A stretch of 64,000 nt of DNA from Octopus vulgaris (GCA_951406725.2 OX597816.1:135222001-135286000), one strand, 5' to 3'. Counted from the stretch's first letter, positions 1 to 13,648 are shown. Numbers and translations are program-made. Notes: a model not told the origin generated them from the sequence alone.

Positions 1-1439
1 CTTCAGTAATTCTCAGGAGGCAGAAATCTTCATCTGTGAACTGGAGTTTAACTCAAATAAAATTCTACAACTTGCATGAGAGTTGATGCAACATGCAGCT
101 AACATGTATTAGTGTAGAAAATATCCTATAGCTGTCGATTTTTCATGTATTTAAAAAAAATATTCAGTTTGTTTAGAAATGCCATGCATTTACTATACTA
201 ACTTAAATAACTTGTTTATTTTTAATTAATTTTAATTATCGACATTTTTTTTACTCTGTTTTAGTTAATATTGTAATTGTCATCATTTTAGACGTTGTAA
301 CACTCATTTCCCATACTTGTAAGTTTAAGAAAAAATATATACCCAGCTGTTGTTATAAAGAATAACTTTTCAATCATCAAATCATTTCAATATTCAAATT
401 CTTTTACATTCAAATATAAACCTGGTCTTTTACAAATAAGTATTGTTTCTGATATGTGAAGCTGCATGGCTTAGAAGTTAGATATTGGGTTCACAATCAT
501 AATACCATGAGTTCAGTTCCTGGACTAAGCAGCACATTGGGTCTTAGAATCATGTGCTTCATTTTATGTTGCTCCTGTTTACTCAGCTGAAAATAAGTAC
601 TAGTGTAGCCCTTTCCTTCCAACTATCACATATTTCATGTTCCACTGACTCAAGGCAGGGTAAGAAGCCAAGAGTGTGTCTATGTCTGCTTAAGGCTACA
701 TAGCCACCTAAAACAATCAGTGAAACCTGGAATATGCTACCAAGCCTCACTTGCTTGCATGTGATAGCAATGATTTTTGGTTTTGTTGTATATGTTATTC
801 TTAAATTTATTTTACTGGCTTTTCACTGACACCTGTCTGTGGTTAAATACTAAGCAGCAGAATGGTCTCCATTAGTGTTACATATTCAAATTAATTACTT
901 AATAGCTAATGTACCTTAAAGATAATGATTTAATGAATTTCTTTGATAGATTACCAGAAGAAAATTTATCAGGACATTTGGCAGTCTGTCTATTGCCTAA
1001 CGGATCATCAGTTTGTATCCTGTTATTAGCACTGCATTATGACTTTAGCCAAGATATGTCATTTTAGATTGACTAATCTGAAGTCAGAAAGGTGCTATAA
1101 TGATGTATTGTTTTGAGTTCAAATCCTCTCGTAAGAAAAACTTATAATAGTTGTATCCAGAGAGAGAGAGAGGTCTGTCAAGCAGTGAATGTTGTGAAAG
1201 ATAGCTTCAGCACCCGTACACATCTCCTTTACTTCTTAAGAATACTTGTTGAAAGAGCTTGTTGAAAATAATTTTAATCAAAAGTGCACTACCTTTGTTA
1301 TGTGTTGACACAATCTGAAAAAAATTTATGAATTTTATAATGTTAAAGATCATACAGTCACTGAATTATTTGAATAAATTCTCAATTAACAGTATTGATT
1401 TCTCCTCCAATAACATTAATTACTTCATGATTTTTTCAG

Positions 1440-1493
1440 GCATTCCTTACACAGGGCGAACACATCAGTTGCGTGTACATTTGCAATATTTAG
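1440..1493 (+). CDS. RPUSD2: RluA-family RNA pseudouridine synthase RPUSD2, internal exon (5' part of gene lies upstream of window)
   Basis: ttttttcag|G...TTAG|gtaaat; encodes IPYTGRTHQLRVHLQYL, the RluA-family TGRTHQ(L/I)RVH motif; phase 1-1 joins the next exon as G-HPI. Confidence 0.93.
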   Translation, partial: AFLTQGEHISCVYICNI

Positions 1494-2328
1494 GTAAATA
1501 TTTCTATTCACTACCTGAAAAACTGACTCTTGTTGAGTCACTAAAGTATTATTGATTCAAAATTTTAGCCATAGATATAGCTTTGTGCATTTAGACAAGT
1601 GTTTTTAAACTTGTTAAGTAATGCTCCAATTATGTTACTGTGAACACAGGAGTAGGGATGAGAACATGTCTTTCTAGGTATTGATTGGATTACTGAAATC
1701 AATTTGGAAGGTGAGTTGATTTATTCACAACCATGATTTAGTTCTGCAGCAATATATGGTAATAATGTCTTAGTTTTACTTTGTCAAACTATCTAGTATC
1801 ACTTTGGTAGCTACAGAATAATTTAGTTTTTTGACACTGTACTGCATCCAACATGTTTGTAGTAGGAGCTAATCTTGATGTAATAAAGAATTATGATTTT
1901 GTTTTTGTTATACATTTTCATTTTGTTGACTTTTGGTGGTGTTGTTTCAAATGGGTAGATGTGATTATCTCAGATTATTTAAATCTTCTTTTCTTCTTGT
2001 TGCCTTCCTAACTAGAATGCAAAAAGGAACAACGTGAAAAGTAATTCTTAATAGTTTTTTAAGATATTGCTGTCACCAAAAATATGCTTGTAGTAACATA
2101 GCCTTTTATTTATATCAGTCTATTTAACTGAAAAATTATTATCATTTCCATCTCTTTATCAGGTAGTTTGTATTAGGAAGGGCATAAATTTCAATCCAGT
2201 TCTTATAATTTAATAAAAAAAATATCCATAAGCAGATATATTCAGCCTATGACATTATAGAAGAATAGATATGAAAGATATAATTATTTTTTTCTGTTTT
2301 GATAATTCTTTTTGTTTCTTTCTGAAAG

Positions 2329-2426
2329 GACATCCAATCATAAATGATCCACTTTATTATGGTCCAGCTTGGGGACCAGAAGCTGGCAAAGGAACTATTT
2401 TTCAATGCAAAATTGATGACACAAAG
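2329..2426 (+). CDS. RPUSD2: RPUSD2 exon (GHPIINDPLYYGPAWGPEAGKG...)
   Basis: aag|GA...AAG|gtaaat; GHPIxNDPxY motif continues the RluA fold in frame. Confidence 0.92.
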
Positions 2427-2789
2427 GTAAATCCTCTATCAATTGCTGTTGTTTAGTCTCAAATCAACTCTGATCACCAGAACTGCAATCAAAGATACGC
2501 CATCCATAACTTTGTTTTTCTCCAAGTATAATGTATGTAAGAACTCATTATCTAAACCGTTGTTCCTTCTTTTAAGATGGTAGGCCTGTTTTAGGGGAGA
2601 TTTGGCTACTAATTCTAGCAGATTAAATGAATAGAGTTGTTCCCATGCTATTTCAAGCCCACATCAGAGGTTTTATTTATGAAGAATGGGTGAGACATTT
2701 CCTTCCCATTTTTTGCTGCCTTTAACTCTTAAGTATTCAGATTACTCTGTCAAATGTAACACTTATATATTCACATTTTGAATTAAATA

Positions 2790-4790
2790 CATATCTAGCA
2801 AAGCATACTAGCTTCATTTCTTTCAAGCCTACACATGTTCTTGGCAGTTACAGCCCATGTTTCACTGCCATGTAGTATGGCTGTTTGTACACAGGCATCA
2901 TACAATCTACCTTTCACTCTGAGTAAGAGGCCCTTTGTTACCAACAGAGGTAGGAGCTCTCTGAACTTTGCCCAACCTATCCTTATTCTAGCAGCTATGC
3001 TCTCGGAGCATCCACTTCTGCTACTGACTTGGTCACCTAGGTAATGGAAACTATCAATTGCTTCTAGTTTTTTCCCCCTGGCATTTGATGGAGTCTATTT
3101 TCCGTACATTTTTAGTGTTAATTGTACCTGTGCACCTTCAACACAAAAAACAATTTTTCCTGTCAACCTTCTTCTGATATTGCTGCACCTCTTATTACAT
3201 CTTGTGGAGTTTCTACCTATGCCTTTCCTACAGATTGAGCAGGACCATTTACCTTAAGGGATTTGTGATTTGTCTGCTCTCCTACATACTAAAATTTTGG
3301 TTTTTACTAGATTAACTTCTAAGGCCCATCCTTCCACATCTCAAATTTCTTCTCTAGTTCTGGTTGTGATTCAGATATACAAACAGTCATCAGCATAGAG
3401 AAGCTCCCAAGAGCAGCCTGTCTTAAATTCCTGTTATTGCCTGGAGGACTATGATGAACAAGATGGGGCTGAGGACTGATCCTTGGTGAACTCCTACTTG
3501 TATCCTAAATTCATAGCTATACTTATTGCTAAATCTTCACCTTACTGACAGTATCTCTGTACCTGGTTTGTACTGCGCTCACCAACCACTCATCTGTCCC
3601 TAGCTTCCACATTGACCATCAGACAATGGAGTAGGGGACTCTGTTAAAAGGCTTTCTCCATGTTGACAAAAGCCAAGTACAAAGGTTTATTTTAGGCTAG
3701 ATATTTCTCCTGCAGTTGCCTAACTAGGAATATAGCATCAGTCATGCTCCTACCTGGCACAAATTTGAACTGCATCTTATCTACACTTACTCTCTACCTA
3801 ATTAATTGAGCAATGACCCTTTCTGTGACTTTTATCACCTGGCCCAGCAATTTGATTCCTCTGTAATTATTCTTGCCTTTGTAGCAGTTCACTATAATGC
3901 TGCTACACTAATTGTTGGGTATGACTCCTTGTTGACAACCTGATTAACTATATGAGTGACTAGGCTATATCCTACTCCACCAGATGTTTTAAGCATTACA
4001 GTGGTGATTCCTGACAGGCCAGGGGCTTTCCCTGCCTTCATATTCTTGATTGCTGTGTCTTCCAAGCTACTGTCGATTCAGATAGCTGGTCCCTCAGTTG
4101 GGTCAACATTTGGCAGACTCTCCTATTCTTATTCATTCTCCACATTTAGCAGCTTCTCATAATGGTATATCCAGGCCTATTTCTTTGCAATATCATTGAA
4201 TATAAGTGCACCATTATCCATGTGGACACATTTCTCTCCTTTGACATTACAATTTTCTCTCACACTGTATTGCAATCCGAAACACTTCAAGTCATTGATC
4301 CTCCTCTTACAGAACATAGGCAAACTTCTTCTTTTCCATTACTTACATGGCTACATATACGTGTCTCCTAGGTTCCCTGCTGGCTGTCTGATACAGTTCT
4401 ATGCTATCTCCACACTTCCAGTCCTTCCAGACCTGTTTCTTTGCTCTAATGGCCTTGTCTCCAGCATACTATTCTGAAAAACTAGCCTAAGCTTAAGTAC
4501 TCTATCACACACTCAGACTACCTCTATGACCTTTCCCACCTGTTTCTCTGCGAGAAGCATGCCCACACCACCTACCCCATCACTGTTACCTTTCCAGAAG
4601 ATTTTATACCAATGTGTTTTGCTTGTGAGAAACCAAGCTGAAGCTCCCCTCCACCTTACCTCTTGAATGCAACACACTTCAACACACCTCCATTCAAGCA
4701 TCTCAACAATCTCAACAGACCTACCTTTCAATGTGCCTACATTGACAGTGCCAACTCTGACAACTGGGAAAGAGATAGTGGGGGCACATG
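2790..4790 (-). mobile_element. degenerate, internally deleted RTE-clade LINE (APE endonuclease + RT remnants)
   Basis: Minus-strand remnants VCCIQEVRWRG...GVGGVGMLL (endonuclease), GVHQGSVLSP...ELLYADD (RT) and YDACVQTAILHGSETWA; many stops and frameshifts. Confidence 0.85.
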
Positions 4791-4887
4791 GGAAGTGGGA
4801 TGGTATTTAGCACCTGGAAAGAATGTTTTAAATTAGCAAAAATGAGACTGATTTATAAATATTAATATATACTTCCTTTTACTAAAA

Positions 4888-5080
4888 GTGGTGAGCTGAC
4901 AGCAACATTAGCATGCTGGACAACATTCTTAGCAGCATTTTGTTCATTTTTATGTTCTGAGTTCAAGTTCTGCCAAGGTCAACTTTGCCTTTCATCTTTT
5001 CAGGGTTGATAAAATAAGTACCAGTTGAGCACTGGAGTCATTGTAATCAACTTGCCCCACCCCCAAAACTTGAAACCAAT
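4888..5080 (+). mobile_element. tRNA-derived SINE family A, CpG-decayed copy
   Basis: Colinear with the intact copy at 62731-62943 (gagctg.cag...gagttcaa B-box...gataaaataagtaccag...ttgaaacc). Confidence 0.8.
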
Positions 5081-5165
5081 TTTTTTTCTTTTTACTTACT
5101 CTCTTAATGACCTACGTGTACTAAAATAGATTATAGTTATGATCAATAATGTTTTATTATTTCAG

Positions 5166-5507
5166 ATCAGTGATGAGGTGATGAAAAACCACAACATTGG
5201 TTTGTGGGAGAATGGACCAAATCCTAATTTTGAACTTCGTTTAAAACAATTGAAAGAGGAGAAGTCAGTTGCTTCTAATCATGAAGACACTATTGATGAA
5301 GTCAAAAACACAGAACCAGCAGCAAAGCGATTGAAGACAAGTGACCATCCTGAAAAGTTAGAGACAATCAGCAATACAGAATTTTTTCAGCCAGAGTTTG
5401 ATTTACAAAAATGGATACCAAATGAAAACTGCATCCATTGTAAGACCCTGTATCTAGACCCACAGCCAAAAGATTTGGTCATGTATTTGCATGCACTGAG
5501 TTACAAG
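5166..5507 (+). CDS. RPUSD2: RPUSD2 exon, charged linker plus CxxC...DPQPKDLVMYLHALSYK
   Basis: ttcag|ATC...AAG|gtaatt, 342 nt, phase 0-0; CIHC...DP.P.DLVMYLHAL resembles the RPUSD2 C-terminal region. Confidence 0.92.
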
Positions 5508-5737
5508 GTAATTTTTTCAAGTTTTTCTTTTTAAATTCAACATGGGGTGGGGGTTCTTTTTGAGTATGTGAAATATTGTGCATTATTGGAACACGTTTTT
5601 GTTGGCCTAATCCCTTCGTATCATGGGCAAGGAACAGCACTTTTTTTTCCGAATGGGTAGAAAACAACACAACACAAAGGCTGTTGCACAATCCGAAGTC
5701 ATGGTCATTTAATGCTTAGTCTTATGCTTCTTATATT

Positions 5738-5952
5738 GGTTTCAAATTTTGGCACAAGGCCAGGAATTTTGGTGGAGGAAGTAAGTCTATTACAATGACC
5801 CCAGTATTCAACTGGTATTTATTTAATCAACCATGTAGGGTTGAAAGGCAAAGTGAGCTTCAGCAGAATTTGAACTCAGAATGGAAAGAGGAATAAAATG
5901 CCACTAAGCATTTTGCCTTGCATACTAACAATTCTGCCAACTCATTGCATTA
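5738..5952 (-). mobile_element. tRNA-derived SINE family A with 15-bp TSD
   Basis: Reverse copy of the same family; TSD tatgcttcttatatt at 5723-5737 and 5953-5967. Confidence 0.85.
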
Positions 5953-6262
5953 TATGCTTCTTATATTATTCTCAACTTTGGACCAAGGAGACCATATAAA
6001 ATTAACAAGCATTTGTAATCAAAGTTAGTTAGTTTGTATGGTATCAGTTTGCGATTTATTTTGTTATAAAAATATTTCTGCCAATTTTATCCTGTAGTAA
6101 TTGATTGTTTACAAATCTATGCAAGATAAATTGATGTACAATCAGATAGGCATCCAACTAAATGAAAGCTGGTTATTACTGCAATATAAACAGATATATA
6201 GATTTGTAAAAAATCTTCCAAGATTTACTAGCTGGGACAAGTATAGGTAAAACTGAAATCTC

Positions 6263-6800
6263 TTATATATATGTTAGGTTGACTCTAAAGCCCTTCGATT
6301 CTAGTCCTTGCTTCCACACCTGAAACTTCTCTAGTTTTGATAGTGACTCAGCTATTAGAGCAAGGTCGTCAGCATTGAGAGGCTCCCAGGGGCATCCTGT
6401 CTTGAATTCCTCTGTTATTGACTGAAGGACTATGATGAATAAGAAGGGGCTGAGGACTGATCCTTGGTGGATCCCTACTCCTACCCAGAATTCTTCACTA
6501 CACTTGTTGCCAACCCTTACCTTACTGACAGCATCCTTGTACATGACTTGTGCAGCTCTCACTAACCATTCATCTATCCCTAGTTTCCTCATTGACTACC
6601 AGATAAGGGATCGGGGGACCCTGTCAAAGGCTTTCTCCATGTCAACGAAAGCCAGGTACAAAAACTTATGTTTGACTAGGCATCTCTCCTGCAGCTGTCT
6701 TACCAGAAATATAGCATCAGTGGTGCTTTTCCCTGGCACAAACCCAAATTGCACCTCATCTAGACTGACTCTCTCCCTAATTACTCCAGATACAACCCTA
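6263..6800 (-). mobile_element. RTE-clade LINE RT fragment
   Basis: QFGFVPGKSTTDAIFLVRQLQE...FVDMEKAFDRVPR and GIHQGSVLSPFLF...ADDLAL; in-frame stop. Confidence 0.9.
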
Positions 6801-7347
6801 CACACACACAACATATACTCTCACACACATACTTCAAACTACCAGTTAAACACCTTTCTACTGACCATTCTCCTATGTACATGTGAAAGGAGACACACAA
6901 AAGACAGCCACTCCTACCAAGAATTCTTACTTTAAATTCTTCCTATGACATTAAACGACACAAAGTCCACTCACACACATACACACAGCCAAAACCACAC
7001 TCACACACATATGCACATACATGTGCTATTATTACACACACACACCTGCATGCATGCACATACCCATGCATTGAAATGTAAAATCCTCTTTCTCTTGCAC
7101 TCTCCTGTCTTAGAACTTTTCTTCACCCATTCCCTTCTGGTCATTTCAAAATGTGACCACGTGTGTATCATTGGTGATTTTCTTTCTCCGTCTTCCCTTC
7201 TTTTGGACCTTCCTCTATTTCTGAAGAAGTGCTTTGCTTGAAATGTAAAATCCTCTTTCTTTCCTTTCCTGAGCGTCTGATAATACAGTACTTGTACCAT
7301 GTCTGCATGTTGTTGTTTTTTCTTGTTTGTTCTTCTTTGTTTGGATT

Positions 7348-7732
7348 CACTATATATATATATATATCGTTGTAGCACTCCGTTGGTTACAACGATGATG
7401 ATCTCATTTGAGCTGATCAACAGAACAGCCTGCTCATGAAAATAATGTGCAAGTGGCTGAGCACTCCACTGATACATGTACCCTTAACATAGTCCTCAGT
7501 GAGATTTCGCGTGATCCTGAGTGTGACAAGGCTGGCCCTTTGAAATACAGGTACAACAGAAACAAAAAGAGTGAGAAAAAGTTGTGGGGTTTACCACTAC
7601 CCGCTGCTGGACCCTCATGGAACTTTAAGTATTTTCGCTGAATAAACACTCACAACACCTGGTCTGGGAATCGAAACTGTGATCCTATGACCGTGAAGCC
7701 ACTGCCCTAACCACTGGGCCATTGCCCCTCCA
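7348..7732 (-). mobile_element. tRNA-derived SINE (family C-like head)
   Basis: Minus strand has an A-box-like tggcccagtggttagg and a B-box gtttcgattccc; head resembles the copies at 13649 and 39408. Confidence 0.65.
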
Positions 7733-8012
7733 CTATATGTGTGTGTATGTGTAACTTCCACCATCGCTTGACAACTGATCTTGCTTTGGTTACGTCTCCA
7801 TAACTTAGCTATTTGGCAAAACACACTGGTAGAATAACTACTAGGCTTACAAAGAAGAAATCCTGGGGTCGATGTTTCAGACTGAAATCGGTGCTCTAGC
7901 ATGGCCATAGTCACATGACTGAAACAATTTAAACAATAAAAAAATATCATTTCAACCCAGAGCAGTGCTGGGTATCTCTGCCAATATATATGTGTGTGTG
8001 TGTGTGTGTATA

Positions 8013-9261
8013 GTGGGTCATCTTATAAGTAATGCGGTGATATATACTTCTCTTATTTTTCAAAATTAAGATAAACAAAGTTCTTTTTTAGTCTAAATTA
8101 TGCTCGCCTTCATTTTCTACAATGTTCTTCCATCTATCTAGTAGACTAGCAAGGCCCCTCTTTCAAAATTCACTTGTCCATGACGAAAAATACCCCTCCA
8201 GTACTGTTCTGACCTCGTCTACAGAATTCATATTTTTTCCGTCCAAATGATTTTGAAGACTACGGTATAAATGATAATCAGATGGGGCAATGTCTGGCAA
8301 ATATGGTGGGTGGGGCATCGTTTCCCATTCAAACTGTTCCAGCCCTTGGAATGTCATCCTTGCTGTATGTAGCTGAGCATTATCCTGATGGAAGAACACC
8401 TTTCGTCTTGAAACCAAAGCTGTTCATTTTCCTTCTAGCATTGACTTAAGCTGCTCGCAGTAGAATTCTTTTGTTATCATTTGGTTTGTGTTTAGAAGTT
8501 CAAAGTGGAATAAACCTTTTATATCCCACCAAACAGACAACAACATCTTAAGTGGGTGAAGACCTTTAGCCTGGGGTGTGGGTGTTTCTCCTTTCCCTAG
8601 CCATTGTCTTTGGCACTTGACATTTTTATAGAGAACCCATTTCTCATCACCATTCACTATTCAGTCCAGAAAAGGTTCATTTGTGAGATGGGACAGGAAA
8701 GAAGAGTACACATTCATTTTCTTTATGCGATTAGACTTGGAAAGTTTGTGAGAAACTTGATCCAATTTTCTGACTTTTTCAACGGCACACAGGTGTCATT
8801 GAATGGTTGAATGACCAAATCCAAGCTTCTCTGCTAGTTTCGCAAATGGGATTTTGTCTCACCAGAGTTTGCAGGATGTTCTTGTTGAGCTCTACAGATC
8901 TTCTAGGACGAGGCTTGTCTTCTAGGCTGTAGTTTCCGGCTCAGAATTTCTGGAATCACCATTGACAATGGCTTATGCATATTGCCCAATCCCCATATTT
9001 TTTGCACTTTCCATTGCATTGTTGTCTTTTGAACTCATAAAGCAAAATATGCTGAATATGCTCCTTTGTCACTTCCATTATAGCTTTGAAAAAATAACTG
9101 TTAAAATTGAACTGCACTCTTCAAAAATTGCACTAAGAGTAAGGACAAGGTAAAATTATTACCTGCTTTTATAGCAAGTTGATGCAGGTAGTTTATCCTG
9201 TCTCCCTCCAACTTTTAGTTCATGCAGTTATAAAAACCACATTATTTGTGGGATGACCCAA
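8013..9261 (-). mobile_element. near full-length mariner (Tc1/mariner) DNA transposon, frameshifted transposase
   Basis: Imperfect ~26-bp TIRs (gtgggtcatcttataagtaatgcggt / accacattatttgtgggatgacccaa), TA at both ends; transposase motifs GDEKWVLY, HQDNA, HPPYLPDIAPSDYHL. Confidence 0.92.
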
Positions 9262-9329
9262 TATTTGTAATCATTTTATTATCTTGTAATTTTGAGAAAT
9301 ATTTTGTTCACCCATTTTTTTGTTTGCAG

Positions 9330-9392
9330 GGTCCTGACTGGGAATACAGAACTACTCTACCTGATTGGGCTGCAGCAGACTGGCAGGAATAG
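9330..9392 (+). CDS. RPUSD2: RPUSD2 terminal coding exon (GPDWEYRTTLPDWAAADWQE*)
   Basis: tttgcag|GGT...TAG; resembles the RPUSD2 C-terminus (GP.(F/W)EY...P.WA..DWQ); AATAAA follows at 9441-9446; too short for the ORF track. Confidence 0.9.
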   Translation, partial: GPDWEYRTTLPDWAAADWQE

Positions 9393-9440
9393 GAAGCTTT
9401 AGAAATACTGAAGATGTGTGATATACCAATATATATTTTC

Positions 9441-9446
9441 AATAAA
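9441..9446 (+). promoter_or_regulatory. candidate polyadenylation signal of RPUSD2
   Basis: AATAAA about 50 nt after the stop codon. Confidence 0.5.
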
Positions 9447-10844
9447 ATATGTAATATCTACAGACTTCATTTATGATCTAATAATTGTATCTCATATTTA
9501 TCTACCTGTAGTATGGACAACTTACATGCTCCTTGCTATGGCTATGTAATATAGATAAATGTTGGATGGAAAAAATATTTTTTATCATTTGTAATTTTAA
9601 GGATAGTGAATTGCTAAAACCATGGAGTTAAATATCTTGTGATACTAAATACCTGGAGTTCAAATCATGCTCAAGTTGACATATGAATCAAAAATGGGAT
9701 TGATCTATTTGATTATACTTTCTCTTCCAAAATGTGTGATCTTGTATAGACCTTTGATAGAAATTATATGCTTATTTATTATGTATTTCAGGTTTTACTT
9801 GTAACATACATAAATAGGTGATGTTATTCTTGAACTCACTATTACTCTATTTCTAGTTTACCAAGAATTTCAGACTTGATAGTTGAAATACTGATATGGT
9901 GAGAATTGGCAACTGCCATTTCAAATCCAAGATAGATAAGTTGGTCAGAATAAAAATAGGTGACATGCAGAAGTAGGCTGCTTACAAATGTCTGCTGACA
10001 GATATCACTATTTTTGGTGTTGTTTGGAGTATTTCTCCCAATTTACTCACCACAGCTGAACAATTCTGCAGAGAAAAGACAAAGGCATATATTGTTTTTA
10101 ATTGCAAATTTTAGAAGATTCTGGTGATCAATGGGAATTTGATCAAATGTGTCTTGAGAATAACTTAGCTGAGGATGAAAGATAACTCCTCCTCATCATC
10201 AATGTCTATTTTCCATACTGGCATGGGTTGGATTGGGCTGCACCACGTTCCATAGTCAGTTTTGGCTTGGTTTCTACAGCTGATGCCCTTCCTAATGCCA
10301 AACACTCTGCAGAGTGTACTGAGTGCTTTCCACATGGCACCAGCACCCACACCAATGCTTTTTAAGTGGCACCTTGATTTTAGGATCTCAAGCAAGAGGA
10401 AACTGATAAGGATGTTCTTCAGACATAGATATGATTCTCAGTTATCTGACAGTAGGTACAGGTGTTGCAATATTGGTATTAAATGCACAGGTTGACAATT
10501 TCAAACAATATTCTCAATTCTTAGGTGTTTCTGTTTTATAGTTTACAGTCAATTTCTTTTTGTTTGAAATGTATGCTTTAATGTGTTCTGGGGATCAGGT
10601 ACAAACACTTGCAATCTTATGCTCAGGGCTGATGGGGGTTAAATGCTTGTCAGAATAATAGTTGAAAAGTTCTATCTAAGAGTAGTTCTGGAGAGGAATA
10701 ATTAACTGTTTAGAAAGAGAGGCTGATGGGTTAAGGTGGGGTTGGTCAGAAAATATGAAGACATTACAGTATAGGAGTACAGAGGAAGAACACAGGGTAA
10801 TAGTGTGCTGTTATGCACAGAGTAGAATCTCTAACTGGTCACTT

Positions 10845-11010
10845 GATCTGCTAGAAATAGCAGTCAAATCTCAAATTACACTGCATCTTGAAAAAGTAAG
10901 GGGACATACTAATGTAGCTTTGGATACATTATATCTTTAAAAAACTTGGGATAGTCTTAGTTTGAATGCTTTGATCATAAATCTTAGGGTTCACTGGGGG
11001 TTAAACAACA
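10845..11010 (+). repeat. old ~170-bp interspersed repeat family (unclassified)
   Basis: ctagaaatagcag.caaatctc...ggat.gtc.t.g...ggttaaacaac recurs at ~2450-2640 (-), 11735-11910, 12180-12370, 13240-13420 (-), 35050-35200, 37740-37925, 62245-62390. Confidence 0.65.
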
Positions 11011-12647
11011 ATGAATGGATAATCAATTATCTGTTATCAATAATTCAGCAGAACTCTTGAATAATTCAATAGATTCTTTTACCATTAGAGAATAATCTAA
11101 TATTGGTTTCAAATTTTGGTACAAACCCAGCAATTTCAGGGAGGGGGATAAGTTGACTTCAAGGGAAAGAAAGGCAAAGTCGACCTCAGTAGAATTTGAA
11201 CACAGAATGTAAAGACGAATGAAATGCTGCTTAGGTTTTTGCCAGGTGTGCTATTGATTCTGCCAGCTCACCACTTTAGCATAAGTCAATATTAAAATCC
11301 CTAGTTTTAATGAGGTTGAGAGTAATTGACTTAATAACATTGCAGTAACTTTTAGTGAGTATTATACAATTATTTTTAACTTTTTGTAAATTATGAAATT
11401 ATGAATAGGTAATATATTTATGCAAGTGAAAGTGAATAAAATATTTTTTAAAGAAAACTTGACTGCTATTTCTAGCTAGTCCAGTCAATATGTAGATGCT
11501 CCCTCATTAGCTCACCTGTAAATCTGGTGGTGGTCACAGCAGAATTGAGAAAAGGGGAACTGTCAGAGCACAATAGTAGTAATTCCATTGTGGACTACAG
11601 TGTTAGGGTCTACTGAAGACAATTAATGTTGCTGCTATTTTTGTATGTGATCTGTATTGAGTAAGATGTTGCTTTTAGGATGGTGTTGTACAACTGTTTT
11701 GGTGGATTGTAGATATGTTTTTACGAAGCCGTTTGACCTGGTAGATATAGCAGGAAATTACTCTTAAATCATTTTTCACTGTTTGAAAATGGAGAGACAG
11801 TGGAGGGATAGTCAGAGTTTAGATCCTAAAGAAATGCGATGATCGCGGTTGGGACTCCTTACATCGTAGGTCAGCTGAGAAAAGTTTTGACCAGGGGTTA
11901 AACAATAACACAGGGACAAATATCTTCCTGACAATGCTAAAAGAACTACTTTGGGAGTTGACCTATTCACATTTTTGTCTTAAACTGTTGACATCTCGTA
12001 CCATAACATATAAGCTAAAAATTTTATTTTATTTTCCCGTATGAATAAAATGAAGTGAAACTCTCCGAACTAATAATCTATGTTTAATCAAATACTTAAG
12101 CAAGCCATTCTAGGTATAATTTGTAATTTAGACAGCGGAAAACGTTTCAATAAACTTGTGCATATTTCTTCTGAGCACTCCTCATTTGCTAGAAATAGCC
12201 AAATCTTCTTCATACCACACCCTATTGTCTTTAAACAAGAACACATTGGATAATATTATCCTAGATATATTGAATCTGAAAGATAAAATATATGAGAAGG
12301 ACACAAACTACAATGCCTTTTGCTCATAACGACTTCTTGATCAGAGCGCTGGCCTGAGTTAAACAACAACTAATTACCATTTTGTCTGACCCAGTGAATG
12401 CGGAAACAGAATATAAACAAGTCAGATGTTTTAAAACAAATGACATAGTTCAGTGCGAACTATAGAGACCTGCTTTGTTTTAAAACCACAGTAATTTATT
12501 GTAACTGATATTTCGGAGAGATAAAACAAATCAAATCACGAAACATAGTGTTAATTTAAAAAACTTTTCACCAAGAACACTGTCGTACAGGTATCTCCTT
12601 TCGCGGACTTTATTCTTATTTTCTTTCCTCCACTGAAGAGCTCCAAA

Positions 12648-12763
12648 ATGGTCGATTGCTCTAAAACGTGTAGTTCAGCGGGCTTTGTGCTTACCAAAAT
12701 CCCTCTCATTACTAAGAAAGTCTTGTCTTTCCTTCCAGCGAAAACTCTTAACTCATGTGCAAG
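12648..12763 (+). CDS. FBXO22: F-box only protein 22, exon 1 (F-box start)
   Basis: caaaATGG start; MVDCSKTCSSAGFVLTKIPLITKKVLSFLPAKTLNSCAR, an F-box motif completed by VCKSW in exon 2; AG|gtttgt, phase 2. Confidence 0.88.
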
Positions 12764-13648
12764 GTTTGTAATTATTAAATATTCAACATATCCTTTCTGT
12801 ATCCGGTGATTATGTATATATTAGTACGAATTTTTATCCTCTTATTACAAATCATCTGGCTCCTGTGTCTTCCATGCGTGTACATTTAAAGCTCATATAT
12901 TTTCCTTCCGGGTAAAATGATTGAGTTGTTTTACTCTCCACGAAAATATGGTTACAGGTTAATCAATATAGTTAGTTTACGGTTTGTTTCTCCAGTGTAA
13001 TAATGTTTGGCGCGGTAAGTCTGCCTTTCATTTGTCGGTCTAAAATGAACTTGTCAACAACAAAACTTACAGTTGTCTATTATTTTTCTCTTTTAGATAA
13101 CTTAAATTTACTCGGACAAAATTTTGTCAATTTCGTAAAGATATTCAGCTTTATAAAAATATATTTAGAAAAAAATTCGTTTGAAGTTGATAATAATAGA
13201 GACTCAGGCGGTAATCACATAGAAGAGCTGGAAAGTTATTAACTACATGACAAAACTCTGAATGAGCATACCTATGATCAAATCATTCCAACTATGACTA
13301 TCCCATCTTAGTTTTGGATAATGCATCCAAGGTTACACTGTCTATTGTATCCTTTCTTTTCAAAGATGATAATGTGTGATTTGAGAGGAGGAAATTTGTT
13401 TATTATTTCTAGCAGTTCGAAGGGTCACGTTGATGCTTACTTCTCAGAGGCAGCGTTTCAAAGATAACCAATAATGTGGATCAGTGTAAAGTGAATTGGC
13501 ATTGTGTTCTCAGACCAGTTACGTTAAAGAGGAGACAAATATCAATCTTACTGTACAAAATCTATCTATCTATCGATAGAAAGATAGATACGGCCGGTCT
13601 CTGAGTTTTTCAGATTTATGATTTACTGACGACACACACACACGTAAG

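Noticed and set aside
12633-12680. CTGAAGA hammerhead-like start near the FBXO22 ATG
   Set aside because: No GAAA after a closed stem II; the downstream sequence is explained as coding.
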